This document shows, one piece after another, positions 48,793 to 58,873 of a stretch of 64,000 nucleotides of DNA (the first letter of the stretch is position 1; each line of letters opens with the position of its first letter). A program made the position numbers and the translations under genes. The stretch is from contig JAQIBV010000038.1 of the NCBI GenBank assembly GCA_027858855.1, positions 31,966 through 95,965 of the forward strand, written 5' to 3'. The notes under the pieces are model-generated. The model made no database searches and was not told the DNA's origin. It saw only the letters and a list, made by a program, of their open reading frames with translations. The DNA is from Spirochaetota bacterium. Its GTDB lineage: Bacteria > Spirochaetota > UBA4802 > JAFGJZ01.

Positions 48793-51700
48793 GTGAAAAA
48801 ATTCATCGAATATCTTCTTAAGAACTCATTAATAATCAACCTTATTTCAGTCTCAATAGTTATTGCGGGGCTTCTTTTCATGTTTAACGCCAATCGCGAG
48901 GCCTTTCCTCAGGTTGATTTTGGTTGGGTTATAATCCAGACTGTTTATCCGGGAGCGACTCCGGTGGATGTCGAAAAACTGGTGAGCAAGCCAATTGAGG
49001 ATCAGTTGCGAGAGGTAAACAATATTAAGCAGGTATCCTCCTCCTCTTTGGAAAGTATCTCTTTTGTTGCCTGTGAACTGGATCCTGATCTGAAAAACAA
49101 GGATAAGACCATTCAGCTGATAAAGGATGCTGTAGCCAAGGTGAATGACCTGCCTGATGACGTAGAAGACCCCGTCGTTACTGAGTTATCGATGGCAGAG
49201 ATTCCGGTGCTGCGTGTTTCCATCATGAACAAAAACGGCATTCAGAATGACGATGATGAATTTGAGCTTCGTAATTATGCAAAGCGTATGCAGGATCAGT
49301 TGATGATGCTTGAGGGAGCTGCCGAGATAAAGATGAACGGTTATCGAGACCGTGAAATGCATGTTGAAGTATCATTGGATAAACTGGATGAATACTATGT
49401 TGCCCTGAATACTATTACCGGCGCTCTTTCTGCCAAGAATATAAATTTTCCGGGCGGTATTGCCCAGGATAACAATGAGGATGTTGTTATCAGAACCATC
49501 GGAGAGTTTGATACCGCAGAAGATATCAGTGTTCTTGCTATCCGTGCCAACGATGTTGGCGGTACGGTTTCCATCGGGGATGTCGCGAATGTGCGTGACA
49601 CTCTTGCAAAAGAGGAGATAATTAACAAGGTAAACGGAGCAAAGAGTATTACCCTTACAATTATCAGTCGTGAGAAATATGATGTTATTACCCTGGTTGA
49701 AAAGGCCCGCGAGATAGTTACTGAATATCAGGAGGTGCTGCCTGAAAATTATGAGGTTGTTTTGACTGATGACCTGTCAAAGTATGTAATACGTCGTCTC
49801 GATGTTTTAAAGGGGAATGGCCTTTTGGGTATTATTCTGGTTATTCTGGCTCTCTTTATTGCACTTGGGTGGCGAATCTCTCTTGTGACGGCACTTGGGC
49901 TTCCGATTGCCTTTACTGGAACCTTCTGGTTTATGGGTGTTCAAGGGATAAGTATTAACCTGATTTCCATGTTTGCACTTATAATGGTGCTTGGTATGCT
50001 GGTGGATGATGCAATCATCGTTGCCGAAAATATCTACCGTCACCTGGAAGAGGGCGACCCGCTTCTTGAAGCGGTAGTTAACGGTACGCATGAGGTAATG
50101 ATACCGGTTGCCGGAACAATTATGACGACCATTGCAGCCTTCGCACCACTTCTTTTTATGGGCGGAATAATGGGTAAGTTTATGTGGGCGTTACCGGCCT
50201 GTGTTTCCATTGCGCTGACAATGTCATGGATAGAATCAATGCTTATTTTACCATCACACATCTATGATGTAGAGAAGCGATTTAAGCATAGAGAAAAATA
50301 TTTCGAAAAGAAGCAAAAGAAAAAAGAGAAGCATGAGAGTAAAACCAGCCGGTTTCAGTTGCGAAAGCGTTATGTGTCAACATTGGCACTCTTTTTAAGG
50401 CATAAGTTCATTTTTATTGCTCTTTTACTGGTTTTCTTTTTCGGATCCGTGGGTTTTGCTGTCAAAAAGGTAGAGTTTGAGCTTTTCCCTGGCGGAGGTA
50501 TTGAGGTCTGTGTTGTGTTAATGGAGGCGTCATCGGGAACTTCACTTGAGGTAATGGATGGTAAGGTTCGGCGTATTGAAGAGACGATATCTTCTCTTCC
50601 TGCGGAATATGTCGAGAGTTTTGTTTCACGTACCGGTTTTTATGGTCAGGATGAGGGTGATCCGAATGGTAAGCTCGGTTCAAAATATGCTTCAATAATT
50701 ATCAATCTGACCCCATTTCAGCAGCGTGACGTAACTGCCGAAGAGATTCTTGAACAGTTGCGGAAGGAAACTGAGTCGATATCGTCTGAGTTGAATAAGA
50801 TAGAATTCAAAATGGTAGAGAACGGACCGCCCTCTGATGGTGATGTGAATATCAGTGTCCGTGGAGAGGAGTTCGATGTTCTGGAAAAAATTGCAGACGA
50901 GTATTCTGAATACTTGCATTCTATCACAGGTGTCGAAAATGTTGCGGACAATTATGAAGCTGAAAAACGGGAAATGCGTATCTATGTAAATCAGGGTATT
51001 GCCATGCGAACCGGTATCAGTGTATTTGATGTTGCCTCAACCGTGCGTATCTGTTATGAGGGTTCGGTTGCAACATCCATAAAGCGCTCTGAAGAGGAGA
51101 TAGATGTCCGTGTAATTTTGCCCAAAGAGTCCCGACAATCGCTTGACAGGCTTGACGATATTAAGATTGCGAATCGTACCGGAGGGCTTATTCCTCTTAA
51201 AGAGGTGGCAATTTTTGAGGAGGGTATCGGAATTTCTGCGGTATCGCGCAAAGGATGGCGGCGTTCAATTGATGTAACTGCTGATATTGTCCCTCCAAAG
51301 CCGAAGGAGGGTGAAGAGCTCTCCTTTTTTGAGGGAATAAAAAAAGCATTTACCGAGAAGCCGTTAACTGCGATTGATGTCAATCTGATGGTAATGGAGA
51401 AATTCAAAGACATTGAACGCCGTTACCCTGGTTATTCGGTCAGTTATGAGGGTGAGTTTAAGGATACCGAAGATGCATTTATCCGTTTACGTAATTCATA
51501 CATAATTGCAATGCTTGCCATTTATATTATTCTTGTGGCGCTGTTTCATAATTTACGGCAACCGCTTATTGTGATGTCCATTATACCCTTCACCCTGACA
51601 GGAGTAATCTGGTCGTTCTTTTTTCATGGATTGCCTCTTTCGTTCATGGCTCTTATGGGAGTTGTCGGACTTGGAGGTGTTGTTGTAAACGACTCCATTG

Positions 51701-51999
51701 TGTATGTCGACTTTATTAATAAGGCGCGTGATCGTGGCGAAGATACCTATACTGCGTCCCTTGATGCCGGTTATAAGCGGCTTCGGCCGATTTTACTCAC
51801 CACAATTACGACTATTGTGGGTTTAATCCCAACAGCATATGGTCTTGGCGGTAGCGATCCATTCCTTGTTCCTATGGCTGTGGCAATGGCCTATGGACTG
51901 ATGTTCGGTACGACCATTACACTGTTTGCAACACCGGTAATTTATAACATATTTTATCGTAAAGCCTGTAAAGAGGGCATTAAAAGCTGTCTGGACTAG
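48793..51999 (+). CDS. AcrB/AcrD/AcrF-family RND efflux permease
   Basis: REAFP; YPGATPVDVE; LGMLVDDAIIVAENI; GVVVNDSIV; RLRPILLTTITT. Confidence 0.93.
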   Translation: MKKFIEYLLKNSLIINLISVSIVIAGLLFMFNANREAFPQVDFGWVIIQTVYPGATPVDVEKLVSKPIEDQLREVNNIKQVSSSSLESISFVACELDPDLKNKDKTIQLIKDAVAKVNDLPDDVEDPVVTELSMAEIPVLRVSIMNKNGIQNDDDEFELRNYAKRMQDQLMMLEGAAEIKMNGYRDREMHVEVSLDKLDEYYVALNTITGALSAKNINFPGGIAQDNNEDVVIRTIGEFDTAEDISVLAIRANDVGGTVSIGDVANVRDTLAKEEIINKVNGAKSITLTIISREKYDVITLVEKAREIVTEYQEVLPENYEVVLTDDLSKYVIRRLDVLKGNGLLGIILVILALFIALGWRISLVTALGLPIAFTGTFWFMGVQGISINLISMFALIMVLGMLVDDAIIVAENIYRHLEEGDPLLEAVVNGTHEVMIPVAGTIMTTIAAFAPLLFMGGIMGKFMWALPACVSIALTMSWIESMLILPSHIYDVEKRFKHREKYFEKKQKKKEKHESKTSRFQLRKRYVSTLALFLRHKFIFIALLLVFFFGSVGFAVKKVEFELFPGGGIEVCVVLMEASSGTSLEVMDGKVRRIEETISSLPAEYVESFVSRTGFYGQDEGDPNGKLGSKYASIIINLTPFQQRDVTAEEILEQLRKETESISSELNKIEFKMVENGPPSDGDVNISVRGEEFDVLEKIADEYSEYLHSITGVENVADNYEAEKREMRIYVNQGIAMRTGISVFDVASTVRICYEGSVATSIKRSEEEIDVRVILPKESRQSLDRLDDIKIANRTGGLIPLKEVAIFEEGIGISAVSRKGWRRSIDVTADIVPPKPKEGEELSFFEGIKKAFTEKPLTAIDVNLMVMEKFKDIERRYPGYSVSYEGEFKDTEDAFIRLRNSYIIAMLAIYIILVALFHNLRQPLIVMSIIPFTLTGVIWSFFFHGLPLSFMALMGVVGLGGVVVNDSIVYVDFINKARDRGEDTYTASLDAGYKRLRPILLTTITTIVGLIPTAYGLGGSDPFLVPMAVAMAYGLMFGTTITLFATPVIYNIFYRKACKEGIKSCLD

Positions 52000-52036
52000 A
52001 AAATAGGGAATTAACAGTACTTGGGTATTAGCTAAT

Positions 52037-52065
52037 CAGGCATCGGATTTGACATCCGGTGCCTG
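52037..52065. terminator. Hairpin terminator between convergent genes
   Basis: CAGGCATCGGAT-TTGAC-ATCCGGTGCCTG. Confidence 0.6.
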
Positions 52066-52168
52066 GCAAGTGTCAAACTTTGAGAAAAGTCAGAGTCTTC
52101 CAAGAGTAGACGAGGACACCCCTTTGGGGGAGTTGGGTTGTTGAGGGATCTGGTTATGTTGCCTTGTA

Positions 52169-52477
52169 TTAGATAATGAAAATTGTTTCAACTCCACTAC
52201 TTTTGAGCTGGTCGCATAAATTATTAACTATAGACAACCCGATTCCCTGTTTGCGATAAATCGGATCAACTATTATGTGTGCCAACCATGTGCTTTTTTT
52301 GAACGAGATACTGCATCCAATACCAGCTAAGTGATTGTTGATTACAGCCTTAACCGGATTGCACCAGTTTCGATTATTAAAATAGAATTGAAAGCTGGGA
52401 ATAATATCCAGCCATCCGGATGGCTGTAAGTTTTGGATGAATGGTATGTCTTCAGCTGTAATCTTTTCGATAATCAT
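52169..52477 (-). pseudogene. GNAT acetyltransferase, apparently 3'-truncated
   Basis: WLAHIIVDPIYRKQGIG motif A; stops at ETIFII before the usual motif-B helix (..Y..LGF). Confidence 0.6.
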
Positions 52478-52562
52478 TTTAACAGCCTCTGAGGTTTGAA
52501 TATTTGGACTCTGTTTTGTACAGCCATTCACTTAAAACGAGTTGATGTTGGTTGTAAAGTTC

Positions 52563-53687
52563 TTATTGAAATGTTAATCTGCGTATTGCTTGTTTAAACA
52601 CATGAGAAGCATGTTTGAGCTTCTTTTCATCAGGGAATAATAGTACCTCTTTGGCAATATGTTCACAATATCCGCAGTCACTGCAATCCATAGTGCTGCA
52701 TCTGTGATTCTTAAAAAAATCAATAAAACCGTTAAGTTTTTGGTTCTTGATGTATGGTTGCAATGTTTGTAGATTCTCAAGCAGAGGTGCCGTATTGATA
52801 GAACCTTTAAACTTTGCTTGTATTTCATACAGTAATCCAAGCTTAAAAGACATTAAGTCCATCAAATTTTCTTCGTACTTTCGGGATAGGTAAGCACGGG
52901 TAATCTTGAGTATAAGATGAGTTGGGAAAATTCGCTCAACCAGTTTAAATGTATCTATACCAATTTCTTCATATACTTGTAAATCTTCTGGCCGAATCCA
53001 TGGTGATCTAATGATTTCTGTTGGGTTATCGATAAATGTACTAGTACATGAATAGCAGCAATAATTATCACCTTCTATCGGATCTTCTGCTTCTTGAGAT
53101 GCATGTGAATTTCGGACGCAGTGTTCCAAGGCATAGGGACACTGATAGAGGCAGAAAAGATTTGTCATTAACACTAAATTACAGCTAAGCTTGGATTTTA
53201 ATAGTTCCAATGTATGAAAGTCTCTGTTTGCATTGAAGTCAAGGGTAATTTCGTCGACACCCATACTTTCATAAAACTGAGCCTTCTGTAATGTATGTAT
53301 TCGTGCAAAACTGGATACAGTGATTTTTATATGTGGATGCCTTTTCTTCATAACTTTAATAAGGTATGGGGAGGCGATAGTTACTCGTTTTGTGCCGGTT
53401 GCAGCTACCAAATCCAGGGTTTCAAGAAGCTTCTGTTGCCATTCTTTATTGGCAGTGTTGCCTCCTAAGCATGCACTGTTTAGCAGATAGTTAAATTCTA
53501 TACCTGCTCCCTGTGCTTTGCGGATAAACGCTACAATTTCATCTTGGGTTACTTTTGGAAGAAGATGTGAGTTGCGTCCACCGCCAATATGGTCTGCATC
53601 AGCTTTTGCGTAAAAGGTACGTACGTCTGTATCTTTTAATTTTTCAATAAGGGTGTTGTCCCAGTTGCATGGTACTATTAGATTCAT
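52563..53687 (-). CDS. Peptidase U32-family Fe-S protein (UbiU/UbiV/TrhP-like hydroxylase fold)
   Basis: GIEFNYLLNSAC; VTIASPYL; NRDF; NLFCLYQCPYALEHC; NYCCYSC; WIRPEDL..YEEIGIDTFKLVER; C-terminal C..MDCSDCGYC. Confidence 0.85.
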   Translation of the reverse strand: MNLIVPCNWDNTLIEKLKDTDVRTFYAKADADHIGGGRNSHLLPKVTQDEIVAFIRKAQGAGIEFNYLLNSACLGGNTANKEWQQKLLETLDLVAATGTKRVTIASPYLIKVMKKRHPHIKITVSSFARIHTLQKAQFYESMGVDEITLDFNANRDFHTLELLKSKLSCNLVLMTNLFCLYQCPYALEHCVRNSHASQEAEDPIEGDNYCCYSCTSTFIDNPTEIIRSPWIRPEDLQVYEEIGIDTFKLVERIFPTHLILKITRAYLSRKYEENLMDLMSFKLGLLYEIQAKFKGSINTAPLLENLQTLQPYIKNQKLNGFIDFFKNHRCSTMDCSDCGYCEHIAKEVLLFPDEKKLKHASHVFKQAIRRLTFQ

Positions 53688-53692
53688 AGTTA

Positions 53693-54817
53693 TTATAGTT
53701 CCTTTATGCTTTCATCTATTTTGATTCCAACATGACGCCCCGGTGTATCCGTAAATCCTAATAAAAAATCTCCTACTTTTATTTCTCGGGATGGACGGAT
53801 CTTTCCCTCGGCCCCAATCATCCGAACGTGCCAATCATCTTGAATAAAAACATTTACGAGCGAATCATTAATCTTCGCTTCTACCATTAAAAGAGGGCGG
53901 CGTTCTTTTTTAATACGACCAATTGTGACGGTTCTTGCTTGGCCGTTGCTGTTTACAATCCATATTGTGTTGCCTGCATGTAAGTCAGAAAGATAATATG
54001 CTTTCTGATCCGGCCCCCATGTATACATATGAAGCCCCCCCGCATTTACACGAAAGGGACGAAGATCCATGTAAGGAAGATAATGAGTTTCGCTGCAAAG
54101 CATCAATCCCCCGGAAGAGGTTGATCCAAGGATCATTCCCTCATCCTGACTTAATTCAGAGGTTGTGTCTACACAAACCCGGTCTCCCATTCCGGCGTGA
54201 ATAATGCGAGTTACTTCTGCCGGGGCAAGTTCTAGCTGACTATTCCGGGTGTTGTCAAATGTGCTAGCCATAGCAACTACTTCATCAACCGCAGATGTGG
54301 AAAGAGCAACTCCATGACTGCCGGATTCCATTGTCTGGAGGCTGAGCATTCCATCGGTAGAATTTGTAACAAGTTTGAATATACGGCACGTTGTTTTTTG
54401 ATTTTCGGCAATAAGAAGTTCCAGTGGAATGTTCGTCGGATCTTTAAAGTCTACAAGCAATGATGCTGCTGTCAAAGAGAGTTCTCGTGCATAATTGAGG
54501 TCCTTTTGATTATTGATGCGTAAGAAATATCCTGGAGTAAATCCTGACTCAATTAAATCCTGAGCTAGCTCTCTTTCTTTTAGATATACATAGTCGCAAT
54601 CAGTATGTAACTCGACGGTATTGCAGAATTCCTTTATTTCAGATTGAGAACTAAGAATGTATCCAAATCTGAATTTTCTGGGAGGATGAATAATGCTCAA
54701 AATTGTTCTGTTATTCCATTCAGTAAAAATATGAGTGTATTCACATTGATATATCTTTTCAAGGAGTTCCGAAGAAGTCGTATCCTTCAGGTAAAAAGCA
54801 AGTTCTTTATTATCCAT
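53693..54817 (-). CDS. 3-dehydroquinate synthase II family protein (GriH-like 3-amino-4-hydroxybenzoate synthase / AroB')
   Basis: FKDPTNIPLELLIA; GMGDRVCVDT; GSTSSG..CSETHYLPYMDLRPFRVNAG; YLSDL; GRIKKERRPL; QDDWHVR; GRHVGIKIDESIKE. Confidence 0.88.
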   Translation of the reverse strand: MDNKELAFYLKDTTSSELLEKIYQCEYTHIFTEWNNRTILSIIHPPRKFRFGYILSSQSEIKEFCNTVELHTDCDYVYLKERELAQDLIESGFTPGYFLRINNQKDLNYARELSLTAASLLVDFKDPTNIPLELLIAENQKTTCRIFKLVTNSTDGMLSLQTMESGSHGVALSTSAVDEVVAMASTFDNTRNSQLELAPAEVTRIIHAGMGDRVCVDTTSELSQDEGMILGSTSSGGLMLCSETHYLPYMDLRPFRVNAGGLHMYTWGPDQKAYYLSDLHAGNTIWIVNSNGQARTVTIGRIKKERRPLLMVEAKINDSLVNVFIQDDWHVRMIGAEGKIRPSREIKVGDFLLGFTDTPGRHVGIKIDESIKEL

Positions 54818-54824
54818 TATATGC

Positions 54825-55814
54825 CTACTTTACAGTAAAAGATTTGTCCAGACAAATGACTTCTATTGGGAAATCTTCTTCAATAATACCTTCCTTAGCG
54901 TAGAAATCGATAGCAGGCTGCATTGCTTTGTAGTCAAATTCGTTGTGCTGTAACGCTCCTTTCGAAGGTGCTCCCATTTTTAGTACGATATTTTCTTCAA
55001 GGTCAAGATTCTTGGCTAAGTGTTTTCGGGCAACTACGTTGTGATTCTGACTAAAATTCATGGCTCTGTAAAAAATACTAATTGTTTTCTTAGCCAGTTC
55101 AGGATGCTCATGTAAAAATTTTGTTGAGATAGCTGATGCGCCGGAAGGATAACGACCTAGGACAAACTCAGCAAGAGCGTCGCCGCCGATTATTCTTGCA
55201 AGTCCCTTTTCTTTTCCAATGGTGGCGATGGGTTCGATTGTAAAAACAGCATCGATACGACCGGAGCTCAGTGCTTCTAAATGTGCTTGAGGAGGAAGGT
55301 TAATGGTTTTATAGCTTACATCTGGACCAAAAGTTTTGTGCATTCCGATACGGCAGTATACTTGTTGTGCTGAGCCGGGAAGTAGTCCAATGGTTTTACC
55401 GCGTAAATCCTTGAATGAATTAATATCTGATTTAGTAGAGACTATGATTTTACTTATAGAGAATTCCTTAGTGGCCATCCCAACCTGAAATAGCTTGAAT
55501 TTACTTTTATCATTTACCGCAAGTGCAAAGTAGGGGAGAGAGGAGATCATTAATCCAATATCAACATGATTATTGAATACGGCTTCTGCTACGAGATTAC
55601 TTGATTTAAAAGGTATTACTTCAACATCAACCCCAGCTTTTTCAAAATAACCCTCTTCCAACGCAATGTATACTTGCATAGCACCGTATGAGTTTAGACA
55701 GCCAATTCGAACGGTACGATTTTTATCTTGGCTGCATGCTGTAATAAAAATTAAAGAGGTAAGTATGATAAATATTGTAAAGAATTGTTTTGAAAATTTA
55801 AATAGACCTTTCAT
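54825..55814 (-). CDS. ABC transporter substrate-binding lipoprotein (SsuA/NMT1/THI5-like)
   Basis: Lipobox ITAC; YIALEEGYFEKAGVDVE; DLRGKTIG; ALSSGRIDA..IEP. Confidence 0.88.
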   Translation of the reverse strand: MKGLFKFSKQFFTIFIILTSLIFITACSQDKNRTVRIGCLNSYGAMQVYIALEEGYFEKAGVDVEVIPFKSSNLVAEAVFNNHVDIGLMISSLPYFALAVNDKSKFKLFQVGMATKEFSISKIIVSTKSDINSFKDLRGKTIGLLPGSAQQVYCRIGMHKTFGPDVSYKTINLPPQAHLEALSSGRIDAVFTIEPIATIGKEKGLARIIGGDALAEFVLGRYPSGASAISTKFLHEHPELAKKTISIFYRAMNFSQNHNVVARKHLAKNLDLEENIVLKMGAPSKGALQHNEFDYKAMQPAIDFYAKEGIIEEDFPIEVICLDKSFTVK

Positions 55815-55874
55815 AAGACACCTTTTAACTAATTATTTTATTATACTGTAAATATTTCTTATAGTTCTATATGT

Positions 55875-56639
55875 TCAAGAACTAAGAGACGGTACAAGTG
55901 AACTAATGTTTTCGAAAAGAATCTTATTCCGGTCTGATTCGCTGATTGGTAATTCATCGATCTTAAATAATTCAATTGCAGAGGTGCTCATAGGAAATTC
56001 GGTTCCGAAAATTATTTTGTTGGCTCCTGTTTTCTTGAGTGCTTCAACAAGATTAAGAAAACAGGCAGAAGATGTTTCAAGAAAAAGATTCTTTTGTTTT
56101 GCCGCAAAGTTCAGGGCATGTGTGTCCAGGGCGCCAAATCCCATGTGTCCTATAATAAAGTTTGTGTTAAGATGTTTTTTTGCAAATTCAGCATATTTTG
56201 TGGTACTAGCCCCCGGATTAAACAGAGTATGTGAGTAAATTGGCATATGTCTTTGTCCGCATTCGTCAGCAATGGTATCAAGCATATTGCCTGAGAAAGC
56301 AAATGTATGGCTCATAGGGTTCAATTTAACACCAACACAACCGGCGCTAATTCCGGCTTGAAATGTTTCCAGTGCTTTATCGCCTTCCAGAGGATTTATG
56401 CATACAAAACCCTTTAATCTATCGGGATATTTCTTCAGCGCATCGAATACAACATGATTTGGGATCTCTTGGGAAGCTTTTTTTTCTCCTGTAATGTATA
56501 GAGACATCTCTCTAACGTCTACCATTCCACCGGGTACAACAATGCCCTTGTCTATTCCTGATTTGTCATAGGATTTGACAAGAAGGTCTACGCTACCATA
56601 TTCCGCTTCTGTGATATGCGCGTGTGCATCAATAATCAT
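55875..56639 (-). CDS. Amidohydrolase family 2 metalloenzyme (NatAM/ClxD-like candidate)
   Basis: IIDAHAH; GVKLNP; IYSHT; IIGHMG; FLETS; IIFGTEFP. Confidence 0.85.
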   Translation of the reverse strand: MIIDAHAHITEAEYGSVDLLVKSYDKSGIDKGIVVPGGMVDVREMSLYITGEKKASQEIPNHVVFDALKKYPDRLKGFVCINPLEGDKALETFQAGISAGCVGVKLNPMSHTFAFSGNMLDTIADECGQRHMPIYSHTLFNPGASTTKYAEFAKKHLNTNFIIGHMGFGALDTHALNFAAKQKNLFLETSSACFLNLVEALKKTGANKIIFGTEFPMSTSAIELFKIDELPISESDRNKILFENISSLVPSLSS

Positions 56640-56641
56640 AA

Positions 56642-57982
56642 TCAATTCTCCTCTCGTATGATTCGTACAGTTTTTCCACCGGTTCGTGGAATTTTGTCGA
56701 CGACTTCGATTTTATGTATCTCTCCTAAGATATATTCCATTTGGCATTTTATCTTGTCTCTCAGTTCAGGAGTGTTTTCTATTCCGCATTTTAGTTCAAT
56801 CCGAAGGGTCAGACCGCTTTTTGTAAATATAAACTGATGACTGTTTCCCATTTCCGGTATTTTATAAAGGAGATCTTCTGCTTGGAAAGGTGAAAATGAT
56901 TGTCCGGCAACAGCTAATTGATCTTGTATTCTTCCACGTAAAAAAAGACGTGCGGTTTTTCTACCACATGGGCAGGGCGCAGTTTCGATAAAAACTTTAT
57001 CCTGCACTCTGTAGCGGATTAAAGGTGCGCCGACACGGTTTAAAGAAGTTACCACTAATTCGCCAATATTTCCAGGTGGTAATATGTCGCCGGTTTGTGG
57101 ATTGATAACCTCCATATGTATAAATGATTCATATATATGGAATCCGTTTTGTTCATCGCACTCTACACCAAGTGGGCCGCATTCAAGTGAACCATAGTTT
57201 CTGAATACCTTGCAGTTCCAAATGTTCTGGAGTCTGTCTCGATATGAGTTGGAGCACCCCTCGCCGGTTATCCACATCTTCTTTAGACCGATATCCTTTA
57301 TTATGTTTATACCATTTTCTTCAGCTATTTCTGACAGATACATGGCGTAACTTGGAGTAGTAAGTATAACATCGGCCTTCAAATCCTTCATAATAATGAT
57401 TGTTTTCAGGGGATCTGAGTAAAACCCTCCTTTGCCCGTATTGACGACTATTGAATTGGTGCTGTTTTCATGGACGCGATGAAGAGATATGCCAGCAGAA
57501 CTCATTTCGTAGGGCAAAGCGATGATGACTATATCACCTGGGTCAATGTTGGCAGAAGTGTTTGGTTTAATATATTTACTTATAGTGTAAAATTCTTCCC
57601 AGGTATGAAGTTGGTAGATGTGATCTCCTATGCTTTGACTTGTAGTTCCGGTTGACATATGAATATGTGAAATTTCTTTCTTGGGGACTGAAAGCAAAAG
57701 CCATGGATTTCCTCGTAATGCATCTTTTTGTAGAAATGGGAATTTTTCTAGATCATCTAAATTTGTAAAGTCTTCAGGTGTAACGTTATGATTCTTAAAT
57801 TGTTCCTGGTAGTAGGTGTTATTGTTATATGCATGTTTTAAGGTGAACTCTATTGCTTTTTGATGATATTCTTCAACTAATTTTTTTGGCCAGTTTGATA
57901 TATGCTCCGGTTCCTGATTCGGGAAGTATTTTTGAAAAAGTTCAGGCCATTGAAATGTGCCCAAGGGATCTAGTTTGTTCAT
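56642..57982 (-). CDS. Phenylacetate-CoA ligase-like adenylating enzyme (NatL2/ClxA-like candidate)
   Basis: DLEKFPFLQKDALR; HMSTGTT; TTPSYAM; GEGCS; YGSLECG; GELVVTSL..PLIRYR; CPCGR; GRIQD. Confidence 0.88.
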   Translation of the reverse strand: MNKLDPLGTFQWPELFQKYFPNQEPEHISNWPKKLVEEYHQKAIEFTLKHAYNNNTYYQEQFKNHNVTPEDFTNLDDLEKFPFLQKDALRGNPWLLLSVPKKEISHIHMSTGTTSQSIGDHIYQLHTWEEFYTISKYIKPNTSANIDPGDIVIIALPYEMSSAGISLHRVHENSTNSIVVNTGKGGFYSDPLKTIIIMKDLKADVILTTPSYAMYLSEIAEENGINIIKDIGLKKMWITGEGCSNSYRDRLQNIWNCKVFRNYGSLECGPLGVECDEQNGFHIYESFIHMEVINPQTGDILPPGNIGELVVTSLNRVGAPLIRYRVQDKVFIETAPCPCGRKTARLFLRGRIQDQLAVAGQSFSPFQAEDLLYKIPEMGNSHQFIFTKSGLTLRIELKCGIENTPELRDKIKCQMEYILGEIHKIEVVDKIPRTGGKTVRIIREEN

Positions 57983-58054
57983 AGTGTCTCCTTATGAAAT
58001 GGTATTGTGACTCTCCGTTTTGGATAATTGATCTGTTATTAAAATAACGTAAGT

Positions 58055-58873
58055 CTAATATGTGCCACATGTTGTCGCTGATGATGTGATTTGATGATCT
58101 ATTGGTAATCTGCTGTTTTGAAAATCAGTAAAGAGGATTTTTTTATAATTTATAAATTCGCTGTTGTGTTTGATTTTTTGTGTTCTTGTATAAGGAAAGG
58201 AAACTTCCATTCTATTTGTAATAGTAGCTGGTTTGTTGCTCATGAGAAGACATAAATCTCCAAGATATACGGCCTCTTCCACATCATGAGATATTAACAA
58301 AATTGATACTTTTGTGCGTTTCTGTAGTTCCAGAATTTTGTCTTCCATAAAAAAGCGATAATTAAGATCTAAAGCCCCGAGAGGTTCGTCCATTAGTAAT
58401 AGATCGGGAGAGTGTATTAAACCCCGTATCAACGCTGCAGACTGAGCCATTCCGCCACTTAAATGATAAGGGTATAAATCAAGATAACTGCTTAAGAATT
58501 CAAACCCCATATCTTCAATAAAGTTGCGGGTCTGTTCGCGTGCATATTTTTTCTTAATTCCCTGTTGTTCTAGAGGTAAACAAATATTATCCAATACCGT
58601 AAGCCAGGGAAAGAGTGATCGTTTATAATCCTGAAAGACAAACCCAATGCCAGTTTCTTCTGGTTTCTTGTTATTAATTAGAATAGTTCCAGAATCTTTA
58701 TCAAGTAAACCTGCTATAAGATAAAAGAGAGATGTTTTTCCGCATCCGTTTCCTCCAATAAAACAGGTGATTTTTTCGGTAGGCAACTCAATCGAAAAGT
58801 TTTTATACACATCTACGTTTTTGTTTTCATTTTTTAAGTGATATGTCTTGCTCAGGTTATATATACTAATCAT
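58055..58873 (-). CDS. ABC transporter ATP-binding protein (TauB/SsuB-like)
   Basis: GGNGCGKT; VFQ..LFPWLTV; LSGGMAQ; LMDEPLGALD; ISHDVEEA. Confidence 0.92.
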   Translation of the reverse strand: MISIYNLSKTYHLKNENKNVDVYKNFSIELPTEKITCFIGGNGCGKTSLFYLIAGLLDKDSGTILINNKKPEETGIGFVFQDYKRSLFPWLTVLDNICLPLEQQGIKKKYAREQTRNFIEDMGFEFLSSYLDLYPYHLSGGMAQSAALIRGLIHSPDLLLMDEPLGALDLNYRFFMEDKILELQKRTKVSILLISHDVEEAVYLGDLCLLMSNKPATITNRMEVSFPYTRTQKIKHNSEFINYKKILFTDFQNSRLPIDHQITSSATTCGTY

